Source: Microbotryum violaceum (taxonomy: Eukaryota). From it: 64,000 bases of DNA. The translations under genes were made by a program, and so were the position numbers. Below the pieces are notes generated by a model. That model ran no database searches. It was not told where the DNA came from and worked only from the letters and a program-made list of their open reading frames with translations. This document shows, one piece after another, positions 26,855 through 39,734 of the stretch. Where the stretch lies: positions 806,001 through 870,000 of the forward strand of contig LN717261.1 in the NCBI GenBank assembly GCA_001244265.2, in the 5' to 3' direction. Positions within the stretch are counted from its first letter, which is position 1, and every line of letters begins with the position of its first letter.

Positions 26855-29800
26855 ATGGGCCGCCCCTCGCGACTCAAACCACGCTTTCAGCGGATCAAGC
26901 CTTCGGACTACCTCGACCATCCCGATTGCCCGAATCAATACGCCACGATGCCGCTGTGCCTTGTCACTTTCGGAGGTACGATCGTCGATAAAGGAGGACG
27001 TAAGAGGCCGAGAAAGGCCAAGACAGATATGGATGCCACTCCCACCACATCTGCAACGTCATACGTCGAAACGAGCACGAACCAACGCGTCCCTGTCGCC
27101 TCGACCTCAGTCTTCGCCAATGACCTGAACTTCTCACACGATGATTTTAGCGAGGATTATCTCAGAGACTTCCCTCTTGCGCAGCAGGCCGAGTACGAAG
27201 ACCTAGGGGGAATGTAACTTTCCATGGAGCGCTGGGACCCACCCGACCCCGACTTACAACGCTCAACTCACCAGGAACTCGCACGGGAGGTTTTACCAAC
27301 TCCCCGTGTCTCCGATCCGCCGGTTGCCGCTAAGCAAGAAGGTTACTCCAAGTTTATCACACTCGAGCACGAGCAGCGCGAGAGTCAGCGCGCTGCCCTT
27401 TTGGGTCTCTATCTTGATTTACGCATAAGCACCAATGGGCAGTATCTGCCGCTCGTTTCGAACAGCGACAAGGACGACTTGAACGTTCCTTCACCATGCC
27501 ACTGTCAGCACGTGTATGCTCGCGAGGTGGTCCTGTACGACGGACTGACCGGTATGGGTCGTGCCAGCTCCGTTCACCGATTTGCGCGATGCGTCGTTTC
27601 TTGCCGTTGTCCTGGTATCACTGACACGTGAAACCCCCTCTGCGCCTTGCCGTTCAGTCTATTCCAAGCAAGTCACGTTCTGCGCTTCCAATCCGCCCTG
27701 TGTTGCGGAAGCTGTACGCCTGGCTCAACTTGGGTTTATAGCATCGACCGCTGTCAACCCAGGATCAGCGTTCTCCTTCCGCATGATCCGCCTAGAAAAC
27801 TCGCGTTGGCGTAATGCCCCTTACGCCCTCACTGGCCACGCTGCAGGCTTCGAAGACTATTTCGGGGACAACGGGTGGTCGAAACCAGAGCATTATCATG
27901 GACACCCATATGTGAGCATTTGTTATCGGTTTTTTGCCATGGTTTTACCCGGACTCATTTGCTGCCCGGTTGTGGAGCTCAGGATAAAGAGCTGAGGAAG
28001 CAATGGCAGCGGGCGATCGACGAGTTTCGCGCCATCGAAGCATCTGAGCGCGACGTTGGCGACTTTCTCTTGGGCACCGCCGACGCGCTGGCCAACAAAT
28101 GCCCAGCGTGCTTCGGGCCGAAACGGCTCAACCGACACCATCACACCCTCCAACTGGATTATATGATCGCGCTCGACGGCAACTTTCAGCAAACCCGAGA
28201 AAATAATGCGACATACGATGTCCAGGGAATAGTGCCGAGCTTGTTTCTGTCTGATAAAGCCGTCCTGGACATGAAAGCACTCGTCGAGAATACAGCGCGG
28301 CCAACGAAGAAGGTGAGGAGCGTGATGTATTTGCGTTCCGCCTTGAATACTGAGTAATATCGCTCCGGCCCCGTCGGAAGGCGTGCACAGAGTCGTGGAA
28401 GGCTGCTGACGGGGGCGCTGGTCGAGTCTCGTCGCGCAAGATCGATACAGGACTTGTCGCCGGCGTGTGCCGCCATGATATCGCCCTAAAAATGGTGAAT
28501 CTTGAGAAGACCGGCGAAAAGTGAGTGTATTGAGCTTATGTTCCTCTACTCCAACTTGCATTTTTACTTTCACTGCTCATGCTCATGCCTGCCTGCGCTC
28601 CAATCACCTAGGCTGTACTTCGCTTTAGCCATTGTCAAGCACATCTCGGACCATCTCCCCCCAGATGCTAGGATTGGAGTTTTGTACGACATCGCTTGTA
28701 ATTTCAAGCACCACATTGAGAAGGTTTGCATTGACCACCTCGGCTCGGGCCCCTCCGATATGTCGTTGCTGATCATATGGGCTTTGTGTTTCAACCTTTT
28801 CAGAGGCATCTTCTGCCTGAGCTGTTTGAGTGACTCGAGTTTGCCACAAGTGTCTTCCATGCATACGCCCATACCTGGGGTTGCCAGGTTGACTACAACC
28901 CCCGTCTTATCCCGAACTTTGGACTCACTGATGGAGAAGGTTGTGAGCGACTATGGAGCGCGCTGCGCTCCCTCATCCCCATCAATCGCCCATCAAATAA
29001 GTCCCACCGCCTTGTCAATTTGGCGGTCCGCACGCAGGCAGTGAATGACGCGAACGTCTCAAGGCTTGGTCAGTGCTCCGCAGTCGCCGCTTCGTCTTTC
29101 GCCGTATTGACTCTTTGCAACAACTAGGGTCCTGGTTCACCCGCCGACTTCGCTCAGCCAAGGCTCGGAGCACTGCTGCTCGAAAGGAACTTGAAGCCGT
29201 TATCGCCCACGATGCCACCTGGTCGGAGGAGGCGCTCCGCCTCGCTTGGCAAGACCAGCGACGAGCGCAAGCGTCGAAAACAGTTGCGCAGGAAGCTGAG
29301 GAAGATCGTTTGAGGGAAAGCGAGCTTTATAAACTTGCTGAGGAACTTTACAGGATTGACTGCATCATGTACGTGCTTGGTGCTAACTACTGGAGCTTGA
29401 GCTTGTCCTTCGTTCAGTGATCTTGCTGAGCAGTGACGAGTCTGAACCAGAAGCGCTTGTGGGGCTGAATTCGAAGCACGATCGTCTTGCAAGGGAGATC
29501 GATCAAGCAGCAATTGTCCAACTGCAAAGAAGTGGGACCGGCATCTCGTCCACAGGTTGGCCTTAATTCTCTTACTTAATTTTCCCTGTTCCTGATTGCG
29601 ATGACGTGCCTATTTGCTTCACAGAGCTTCGTCACTTGTGCCAGTGTTCTGTTGCGCTGCGCAAGCTTCATCGAGAAGTGATTGCCTACAAAACTAGCCG
29701 TGAAAAATTGCTGTCGACGCGTCGCGGCAGGGGCGGGTCAACACTTGGCCAGAGAGAGGCCAACAAAGCTCGCAAAACGGAAGTCAAGACTCACTCTGGC

Positions 29801-30776
29801 GCTGAAAAGGCACGTAATGCATACAACAAGGCTGTCAACGCGTTTCGAACGGCAGGCGGATCATCACCATCGCACGTCCTCAACAATCTTCCATCAGTCG
29901 GTAGCCTAGCATCGATTCTTGATCTTGAAGACACAGATCTCTTCTGGCAAGACGGGTTTTTCCCGCATGTTGAAGCTGCTTGGGCCACCGATCCGTGGGT
30001 TAAACGGGGCATCGTTGCTGTGCGTGACCTGGATCGAGCTGCGGAGGAGTTCGCTCGGATTGGCGCCGAGGTGCGACAAACCCTTGCTTGGCTCGAAGAC
30101 GAGCACGACCTCATCTCTAGTCGCCAAACACTTTGGCTAAGCGCGACAGGTCAGTTGTCAGTCGAAAGTTACTCCACTGGTCTAGATGCTGATACCTTTT
30201 TTGATAACATAAATAGATTCCGCTCCAACGATTTATGACCATGATCGTGTTGAACGCGCATTTGGCAGTACCGTCTACGCAACGATCCGGGACCGTGCCC
30301 TCGTCATTCTGGACGCTCGGATGAGGTCTCTTCAAAAGCGCGAACGAGACTGGTTCCGCGATAGCACTTTCTTACTGCTGTGGTACACGACCAGAGGACC
30401 AGCGGATACGCACGAACCAGTCCCTCGAGCTCTGAAGCGTCTCACCCCGCAACTGCTGTTGAACCCGGGCAACGTCTCCAAGACGACAACAGCTACTGGA
30501 GCTGGCGCGCGTAGTGTTGCGCCTCGGGGGGACGCATCGGGCGTCTATGCAGCGCCGTCCGAGTCGTTCCGGACCACCGATGACGATCGTCTGCTCGCGC
30601 GGCGCATCACGGAGCAGCTGGATACTGACATGAATGTAGAAGGCGCAAAGTCTTTGCATGATCTGACGGTCCAGATGCTGGAGTCGCAAGAGGGCATGCT
30701 ATACGATTCGGACAGCTCTGATAATCTGGTTCCCGACGAGGAGCGTTCTTTGTCGGACTCTGACTCGGAAGAATGA
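26855..30776 (+). mobile_element. Kyakuja-Dileera-Zisupton (KDZ) transposase with a CxC1-like domain; multi-exon
   Basis: CHC...VTFC...RLAQLGFIASTAVNPGSAFS (CxC1-like), KCPACFG, IALDGNFQQ, DTGLVAGVCRHD, TGEK, VLYDIAC, VFHAYAHTWGCQ, GLTDGEGCERLWS. In-frame TAA at 27215-27217. Confidence 0.92.
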
Positions 30777-30999
30777 AATGTGAAAAACACAGAATGCAAT
30801 TCAACACAGGAGAGTCGAACCTTCCCGCCCTCCTTCCCTTTCACAATTTTTTGGTTTATTTTGATTTATTATTTTCACTAAGGCCGTCCGTGTTAGTTAC
30901 ACTACGGTCCCTTCGGTTTTCTCTCAAGCCCTGCTGCAACTACAAGACATCCTTCGCTCGCTAAACAAATGCACGGCGCAAGCGGTATCAGGAGAGCTG

Positions 31000-31185
31000 A
31001 ACCGGCGTCTTGACCCTTCCCGAACCGGTGGAACTTGAAACGACTCCCGAACTCTGCCCGGCTAAAATGACCCGAACCCGCTACAACCGAAATGACTCCT
31101 GAACCCGGGCCGCTACGTCCGAAATGACTTCTGAACCCGGGCCGCTATGTCCGAAATGACTCCGACGGGATCCCGAGTACCACAG
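31000..31185 (+). repeat. ~32-bp tandem repeats ending in an LTR-like terminus (...GAGTACCACA)
   Basis: ccgaaatgactcctgaacccgggccgctacgt occurs 2-4 times (degenerate). The end matches the reverse complement of 53411-53428 at 17/18. Confidence 0.65.
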
Positions 31186-31786
31186 TTGTAAAAGGCGAAG
31201 GTGCATACGTCCTCTCATGCTCGTGATCATCCTCACTCGTCCGCGCGCTCGGGATCGAAGGCGTCGTAGGAGGAACGCCGGCTTGGTCAAGTCCGCCTCC
31301 GGATCCAACAGGAGCTCATAAGTTGAGTGCTGATGCGCACGAAGGGCCCGAGTTGAAGGATCCATGGAGTCCGACGATAGGAAGCTCGTATCCAGCGATC
31401 GGAGACTCGGTTCGTGCGCGGGTCAAGGATCAGTAGAACAAGCCTTGCCGATCCGAGTCGTCGCGTGAACCCGTCGCGCGTCGCGACGCTTTCGCAGACT
31501 TTCGCGAAGCTCGTGCACGTGACTTTGCCTGACGATCTTGACCTCAATCGAGCGACGTCGGACAGGCAGCTTTCATGGAGCTACGGAGGGGTTTCTAAAA
31601 AGCCCTCCCTTCAGTCCTACTTTCTACCCGTCTCCTTGATGCCTCGTAGACCATCTCTTGGCTTTCCTTTAGCGAAAGGAGGTACCGGCGCCTCCTAAAG
31701 ATTTGAGCAGCTTCCGGACTCTCTTCGGCGGCATCGACTGTGCATAGCGCGTGTTGGTGCTGGTGGTGTTACAACAATCAAAGACC

Positions 31787-32818
31787 TCATACTACGCAAT
31801 CACTCTGTATCTTCACAAAATTCTCGCAATCACCCGGTATCTTCACTGAACTTTCGGCAACCAGCGGGTTCCCCACACCGTAGTAGACCCTCCGCCCCAC
31901 TTCGGTGACGATCCAATCGAGTCCTTTCCAAATTCTCGGATCGCCGGGCCTACTTGCCTCGCTAGATGCAACACTTACCGCAGGCTCTAGTCGAGCCGAG
32001 CAAGGCATAATGGTCGAAGTATGTGATCGAAGGGAGCAGAGTTCCAAAGCCTGCGGTCGCGGTCAGCGAGGATTACGGGCAAATGAATCAGCATTGGTGG
32101 GGTGGGTGGGGGGGGGGGGAGGGGGCTGGTAGAAACGGTCTTTACATCTGCAATTTCCTCGGACGTCAAGGCGCCCGAGATGTCTTGCTTGTTCGCGAGG
32201 ACCAACAAAGATGCACCTGCGAGCCTCTACAAGAACAATCGGATCTCAGAGTGAAATTAAGCCGGCGAATGCAATGTTGTTCCCACCAAAAGGACGGACC
32301 TCTTCTCGGAGCAACTCGTGCAATTCATCCCGACAATCTGCCATCCTTTCCCGATCACTCGAATCAACGACCCAAATGACGGCGTCCGTGACTTCGAAGT
32401 AGTTGCGCCAATACGGGCGCAAGGACGATTGACCACCGATGTCCCCTGTTTTGGGAAAAGGCGATACGTCAAGCGCCGAGACGAAGGGGAGCAAGCGAAG
32501 TCAGTGCACTACTTGACCGTCGGATGAGATTGGTGCGCGTACAGATGTTGAGGGTGTATCCGATATGAACGATCGTGCGGATGTTGAAACCAAGGGTCGG
32601 GGAGATGAGCGAAATGTCCTCGCCGAGCAAACGCCGTACGATCGTCGTCTTGCCCGCGTTATCGAGTCCACTGAATGAAAGAGATCATCGAGTGAGCTGG
32701 TGGGCAACGACACGGCTTAACGAAGTCGAGAGGCACGGAGAGGAAGTACGCACAGGCAGAGTACACGGATCTGTCGTTCCTTGAGCCGAGTCTTGCGGAT
32801 GATCGTCAGCAAACCCAT
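31787..32818 (-). CDS. ARL2: ADP-ribosylation factor-like GTPase 2 (Alp41/Cin4 type)
   Basis: [62 protein letters not shown]. Confidence 0.93.
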
Positions 32819-32996
32819 CGCAAAGAGAACGGAATGATTGCGATGCGATGAACAAGCCAGAGGGAGAGAGCGCGTGACGTGGCGCCGCCTCCAATTTCCG
32901 AGTCTCGCGCCGCGACGCGCCAAAGCTCCGCCATTTGCAACAACGTGTCTCTCGCTCCGCGCTCCCGAACTCTCATCCCACACTCCCGAGCAAGAG

Positions 32997-33693
32997 ATGG
33001 CCACGAAAAATAAATCGCGGTCCAGAGTCGCTTCCATCACCAACAACGCATCCAGCCTCCAGCTCCCTCCCCTGCCTTCCAGCCTGTCTGCACCGGGCCC
33101 TGCCTCGACCCCTCGGATCGAGCATGAACCGCCGCCCTTCTCGCTCGAACAGCTCGCGTCCATGCTGGATCAAGAACAAAACGATCGTCATCTCCGACCC
33201 CACATCATGAGGAGTTCCTCTTCCAATTCGGGACTCCGGTACGACTATGCTGAATCATCCGGCGAGGACGACGAGGACGACGAGGACGACGAGGACGACG
33301 AGTTGACGACGGTCGAGGTCGTCAATTACGAGATGATGTACTGGGGCTACGGCCTCGTCATCACATGTACGACCTGCTTCATCCTTGGAACTTGGTCCAT
33401 GTTCATCGCACCCTTTGTGGGTCCATACAACAACAAGGTTAGTGTTCTATCCGGCTTCCCGAGCTGGACTCAGCTCTGATCGGACGGGCTCTATTTTTAG
33501 ATCCTCGACGCCATGGCCAACGACACGCACTACAAGTACCTCTTTGTCTTTCTCGTCCCCGTCACGCTCTACACCGTCATCATAAACTGGTGGGGTCTCA
33601 AAGTCAGTCGGGTTCGGTCCAGCTCCCTGCTCGGTTAACATTGGCTCATCCAGCATTCTCTCGACTTGCGCACAGATTTTCCGACATGCTTGA
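32997..33693 (+). CDS. PIG-Y-like small membrane protein (GPI-GlcNAc transferase subunit family), 3 exons
   Basis: Acidic N-terminus, two hydrophobic helices, NDTHYKYLFVFLVPVTLYTVIINWWGLKIFRHA*. Both introns are GT-AG. Confidence 0.7.
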
Positions 33694-34598
33694 CGCCGTA
33701 AGCGCAGATTCGGATCCTTCTCGCACAAATGGACACTCTCTATATTGTTGCTTGTACTACTGCTATCGCAAAGACTCCGGCTCTATTTTCAAAAGGCAAC
33801 GCCGTTACCGCATTGCTGTAAGGCAGTATAAGAAGGTGTAAGAAGGTGTAAGCCCGTGCGCGTAACCTTTACAAGAAGGGGCGGGCGCCTGACACTCTTA
33901 GTCTCTCCTCAGCGACTAGCGTAGAGTTTTCAGTGTCAATCCTACACACTTTGGTCCTGTGATCTTATCGTGGTCGCTCCGATGTACACTCCTACGGGCT
34001 GTATTAGAGCCGCGCTGTCCCCCTTTCATTTTTCGTCTCTTACGCTATGATGCTCTCGCTTCTCGAACTCTTGCTCTCGAAATCATAACATTACTTCGGT
34101 CATCAAGCACTGCCTCTTCAAGCATTACCTCTTCAAGACCTCTCCTGGTTTCTACCGCCTGCTCGGACCTAGCTCCCCAGTTTCAATTTGTATTGAGACC
34201 CGGTGGCCCGGTCAACCCCAAGTTCGGTGTGGGCTCGAAGCCTAAACCGAACGCACATTACCGCAGGGTCGAAGCAAGACTTCTCGACTTGTCGTTGAAT
34301 GCGAATGTCGCAATAGATACGAGTAAACCCACAAAAGGTCGGATACTCAGTAGCGACGAGGCCCGGGAAACCGAGTTCTCGGTGGTGTCCCCTGTGCAAA
34401 CAAGTGGGGGCCCTCGCGTCTTGCAGCTGCGTACGATCAAGCATAAGGTCCGCTTCCGAGTAGAAAACAACACGCCCCCGATACTCTCACCTGGCAAGCA
34501 CCACCCATCAGCCCGTTGCCCCGTGCAGCGAACGAAAACGGGAAAACATCAAAACCCACCGGGTTTGTTCAACATTGCAGCCCGCCCACCCAACGGTG

Positions 34599-36047
34599 TT
34601 ACCCACTCGCGAACTTTATCCCTTCCATCCCCCTCTTCTCCCCGAACCCAACAACTCCCTCATAAACCGCCCATCCAATACCCGCACTCCCGGCTTTCCT
34701 CACCACCCTCAACGCACCCCCTTGCCAAAACCCTTTGAGGCCATGCAGTTGCCATACCTTCTTCGCGCTGCCCGATAAGGTCGTGTACACTTCGGGGGAG
34801 AGTTGGCGTCGGGTTTTCAAGAGATCGAAAGGGGTCGTTAATAAGGTCGATAAGAGGGAAGCCGAAGCGCCGGCTACTCCACCGCCTGCGGCACCTTCTG
34901 CTCGAACACCGAGCAGCCGTCGACCGCGTTCGTAGAAGACGATGAAGAGACCTGCTCCGGGGGCGTCGCGTAGCGCGGTCGGAACGGCGCCTCGCCAAAG
35001 GGAAGCTAGGCCGCCTGTTTGGTAGAGTTTGGAAAGGATTTGGAGGGAGCTGGGTCGAGGTTGATCGGGTTGGGCGATGATGGATGACTGCACGGGGGTG
35101 AGTGAAAGGGGTCAGTCGAATGACGAATGCTGCCTCCCGTCCACACAACTGACCTCGGACAAAGTCTTCAACAACGTCGCGGGCATCAAGATGAATCCTA
35201 CACCTGTCCGTGCAGTACTACCGACCAGGAGGTCGCCCGAGGTGGTCAACTTGATCTTACTCCCCGGTGGGGAAGCGGCCAAGTGTTTCGGTCGAAAGAT
35301 GGGGAACGAGCCGATGAGGTTCCGAAGTCGAGAGAGGGTGAGGAAGTAGAGCGAGACACCAGGAACATTGCTGCAAGACAGAATGACTCGGTTCAATAAG
35401 CCTGATAGTTGCGCGTCTCGTTTTGAAAGTTCCTGTGCTCACCGATATAATGTAGGTACTGTCCCCCGCCACAAGCCAACGATGCCCTCCTGAGCGACGA
35501 CCATCCTCGCGGTCGTCCAGATCTTGGCTCGATACGGTATCGGCGCGACGTTCGGTACAGACTTTCCCATGACTACGGAGGCTGAATTAGACTTGGGTAT
35601 TGTTGTCGCTGATGATGCCAGTGTGGATGTAGACGCAGTAGATGTGGCTGTGGTCCCGGCCGAGCTTTGTCCGATGCCAGAGTGCTTCGGGCTTGAGCTT
35701 GCGATCGACGACGGATTCCCAGCCGTAACTCCACTAACTCCACGCTGTTGTGCTTCCTGTTGGACCCTAGTCTTGATGACTTGTTTGTAAGAAGCCCCCC
35801 AGCACGGTCGCACCAGTCAGCAAGGACTTGCCTACGCGAGCATCCTTTATTTGCAAGCGCTCCCGAGCAGCGACGAGCAGCGAGCTGGGGGTCGATCATA
35901 CGGAACGGACGACTTACGATCGAGCGGCTGCAATGCCAACACACTCACCGCACCCGAGATCGCTCCCGAAGCTAAATGCCATCCCGCCGAAAGGGTCCTC
36001 GTGGAAGTGCTTGGCGGTGAGGCCAGTAAGGGGGCAGAGCCGGACAT
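34599..36047 (-). CDS. Mitochondrial carrier, glycine transporter HEM25/SLC25A38-like
   Basis: QPLD.IKTRVQQ, LWRGTVPTLYRNVPGVSLYF, GSTARTGVGFILMPAT, ALRDAPGAGL, TPFDLLKTR, LRVVRKA. Confidence 0.88.
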
Positions 36048-37076
36048 TGGGGGTGAGGTTCGGTCTCGGTTGCGAAGCGGGAGGAGAGGAGGAGGGAGAG
36101 GTGGACGGCTGGGAAAAGGGGGTGACGAGATAGGAAGAGAGACCTGGGGGGAAGCTGAAAAGTGCAGGGACGAGATGGGTGACCAACACAAAAGTGGTGA
36201 AGAAGGAACCAAAAGCCAAGAAAGCTCCGTCGCACTCTCGATTATGCGATCTCCGACGCAGCGTCCGTCGCGCGGCCTGCCGAGATCAGGTGACCGACCG
36301 ACTGAAGTCATGCAACACCGAACGTGACAGGTCCCTTCTGGTCGGCGAGACACGTTTCGGTGTAGCAGGCCGTTACGGAAAGGGGAAGTCCATGTTTCGT
36401 TGTGGGTGCTCGTGCTCACTGCTTAGTCCTCTTTTTCTCCTCATCGATTTGAACTGCAGTGGCCGGGGGTTACTAACTCAAAAGAGAGCGCCGACGAGGA
36501 CAAAACTTTGCCGCACACAACTCGGCGACGACTCTGACACGGGACCAGCTTGCCATGCAGACCGGAACGATTGAAACTCCATCGAGATGCACACCTCTCG
36601 CTTTGATGCAAAAGTGGACGTAGAGCGGGGTAAAATCATACGTCCGGCAAATTTCGGCATCTTCCTCGCTTCCTTCCCCACCAAGCAAGCGAGGCTTCAC
36701 CGAGTCAACGGCCGAGGCAGCATCTGCTCGTACGTTTACGCCCGGACGAGGCTCTCCAGGTCTCGGGCAGCATAGGTTTCCCCCATCAACGCCTATATGT
36801 CTCAACACCGCCCGTGGACCACCTTCGAATCCGACCTAAAGAAGTCCATGTCTCGGACAATCGAGGCGCCAAGTCAGCCCCAGTTTAGCCTCGAGGTGAG
36901 TCGATAGCTCCTGTTCCTCAAGCGGTACGTATCGGCTTTCCGTGTCTATTCTTCACGATCCATGGTGCAATCCATGTATGCGAGGTGGATTGGAGATCCA
37001 CCGTGCACGTGGGCCATACGAAGGAATACAAAGAAAACATGCTAGTAGGCGTTGATAATACACAGGCCCCACCACC

Positions 37077-39298
37077 TCAAGCCCACATATCCGCCCCGGA
37101 TCCACCGACACTCATCATCGGCCCCGAACCCATCATGCCTCCCGGCGGACCCACCCCACCCATCTGCCGATCGGGCCCCCCAATCTGTGCCGACTTGTTG
37201 ATCATCACATTCTGCAAGTTGACCAACTGCGTCGTCCATCGCTCAAGGGACGCATACCGCCTCACCTCGACGGCCTTGTGGCGAACCAATTCGAGGCGTT
37301 GGGTCACTTGGTCGATTCGTCCCTGAATCTTGTCGTCGAGGATCAGGGAAACGAGGATCGCTTCGACGCTTTCGGATGGGATCGAGAGCTGGCGCGCGAG
37401 GTAGGCGATTTCGATGCGCGTGTAGGGCTTGATGATCTCAAGGATCCATTGCGTGCGTAATGAGCGCAGGACCTCGTCGATGTAGCCGCGGATGAAAGGG
37501 TCGTCCATAATCGTCGAGCGATTGTCTGTAGCATCAAGAAACGAGTCAAAATCAAGCAGCTCACTCTGAGACCTTTGGGACCTACTTCTCAAAATCCTCT
37601 CGGCCTCGTGCACATCGCGCCCCTGATACGCCGACACGAGATTCGTCATGGCCATGATCTCGGGATCGTTCTTGTACGGCTTGGTCTCTTGCGAATCAAA
37701 GGGGTTGATCTCGCTGTCCATGAGCATGTGCGCGAGCACGAGGTACTTGAGCACCTGAATGCGCTGCGGGGACCCGGCTTCGTCGTAGCACTTGAAGGAT
37801 TCAAAGAAATCGATCTGGGCCTGACTCCAATTCCCTGCGAGCGCAACCAAATCATTCAGCACACCAGGTAAAGTAGGAGCAAAAAAAGAGGGAGCTCGGC
37901 TCACTCTCAGACATGTACATCTTGCCACCGCACTCGCGAATGACGCCTTGGATCCTCGGATGCGGGATTGCCGATCGCACGCGTAGACTCTTCTCGTAAA
38001 TCTCCTGTATGTAATGGATCACTCCATCATCGTCAGCGCAGCCCTTGGCTGGATATGAATACCACACCTACTCTCAGTTTTTTGTTGTTCTTCATCTCGC
38101 CGTACATCTGGATCTCGATCGCGTAGACCTCGAGCTGCATTGTGCCCTTGGAACTGTCGACGTCGGCGCCATCATCGGTCGGCGCACACGAGGCATGCAG
38201 TTCCTTCAGAATCTAAATCAAAGAAAGCCAGCGATAAGCCACGGAGCAAAGGTGTCTAACACCGCCTTTTCTCATAAAGGCTCGCCTTATTGAGACGGGT
38301 GTACTCTTTTCGATCGAGCCACAGCTTGGCCAGTTTCAGGTTCGTCTTTGTGCTCAGTCGCTGCAGGGAGCAAACAGAATAAAGAGCACAAATCAGTGTC
38401 CTTCACCTAAAATTGCCACCCCCACCAAAGATCTGACTGACCTCATTCTTGGCCTCTTCCAACGCGCTCATCGTGACTCCATAAAATTCCTGCATCTTGA
38501 CCGTCTCCAACCCATGCTCGGCACTAACATAGTCCAAAATCCCATTAATGCTCTTTTCGGCCATATTCCTCGTCACACCTTTTTTCGTATAGGTCAGCAA
38601 GGTCTTGTAGTAGCTCAACGCGTCGTCGTAGCGCTCGAGTCGAAAGGTCAGTTTGGTCATTTGTTTCAACGCTTTGAAGCCGAATTCGCCTTGTTCGCCC
38701 GCGGAGGCTTCGTTGTCGACGATCTTTTGGAACGAGGCCAAGGCGAGGTCGGGTGTATCCCTTTGAGCTATGGGAAGAGTAAGTTCGGAGTCGAAAAAGG
38801 GGGAACAGAGCCGGGGCCAGAGATCCCAGAGCCGGAGCGGTCGGTCGGACGGGAATGATCAGCGATCCGAAGCAGTCTTGCTCCCACTAGCCCAGCCCAG
38901 CCACTATGGGCTCACACTTGGCGTTGTAGTAATCATTCTCAACATCGACGATATCCTCTTCGTTATCGGATCCTTCGTACTCGAAGCCATAGTCCTGTAG
39001 AACGAGATGGAACGCGCGTCGTTTTACGAGTCAGGAGTCGTCCGTCGAGGAACACAAGCTTGTGTCGGTGAGCTAGCCCCCATAAAAGATTGTAAACTGA
39101 CCTCATCATCCTCATCCATCATCTACACGCAGGACCAGACTCCAAGTCAGCTCCGCTAATTGAACTCCAAGTGGGGGGCGGAGAAGAACCGGTTACATCG
39201 TGCAACTCACAAAGTCCTCGTCGTCAGACCTGGGGACAGGGGCAGAGAACAGCTTCAGTTGGGTTGTTCCTGTTTGGGTTGCTCAGTCCAACTCACAT
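37077..39298 (-). CDS. CSN2: COP9 signalosome subunit 2
   Basis: [85 protein letters not shown] (PCI domain). Confidence 0.96.
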
Positions 39299-39340
39299 GT
39301 TGCGAGATGGTGCGGACGTGTGTGGTGGGTTTGGGTCGAA

Positions 39341-39385
39341 CGTGGGGCGTGGGGCGTGGGGCGTGGGGCGTGGGGCGTGGGGCGT
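39341..39385 (+). repeat. (CGTGGGG)6 tandem repeat, G-quadruplex-capable, just upstream of CSN2
   Basis: Six perfect heptamers, each with a G4 run. Confidence 0.9.
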
Positions 39386-39734
39386 GCGAGGCAGTAGCCA
39401 GAGAGTGAACGAGCGCGCCTGCCATCTGCCAACCACAATCGGCCAACCTCGCTCGCACACACTCGCACACACCACTGGCACCTCCAAGCGAGCACCTCGT
39501 CCCGACAATGAAGAAAGAACTTTCACCAAAACTTTGCCTCGTGCATCTTCAGCAACTGTATCTAGAAAGCTTCCATTCCTCACCTTTCTCACAAATGTTA
39601 GGCCCCCTCCGATCAATTCGTTGAAAAAACCGTTTATAATGTCCTTCATTATAATCGTAGCCCTGTCTACACTTTGTACAACAATCAACAAAGAAACCGA
39701 TAAAACCCTCAACCATACTCCTCGCAATCTCTCA

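Noticed and set aside
26600-30900. TIRs and a TET/JBP partner for the KDZ element
   Set aside because: No convincing inverted pair or 2OG-Fe(II) dioxygenase motif could be found by eye.
33959-34738. 259-aa plus-strand ORF
   Set aside because: Non-ATG start, no recognisable motif, and it overlaps the carrier gene antisense. A small gene here cannot be excluded.
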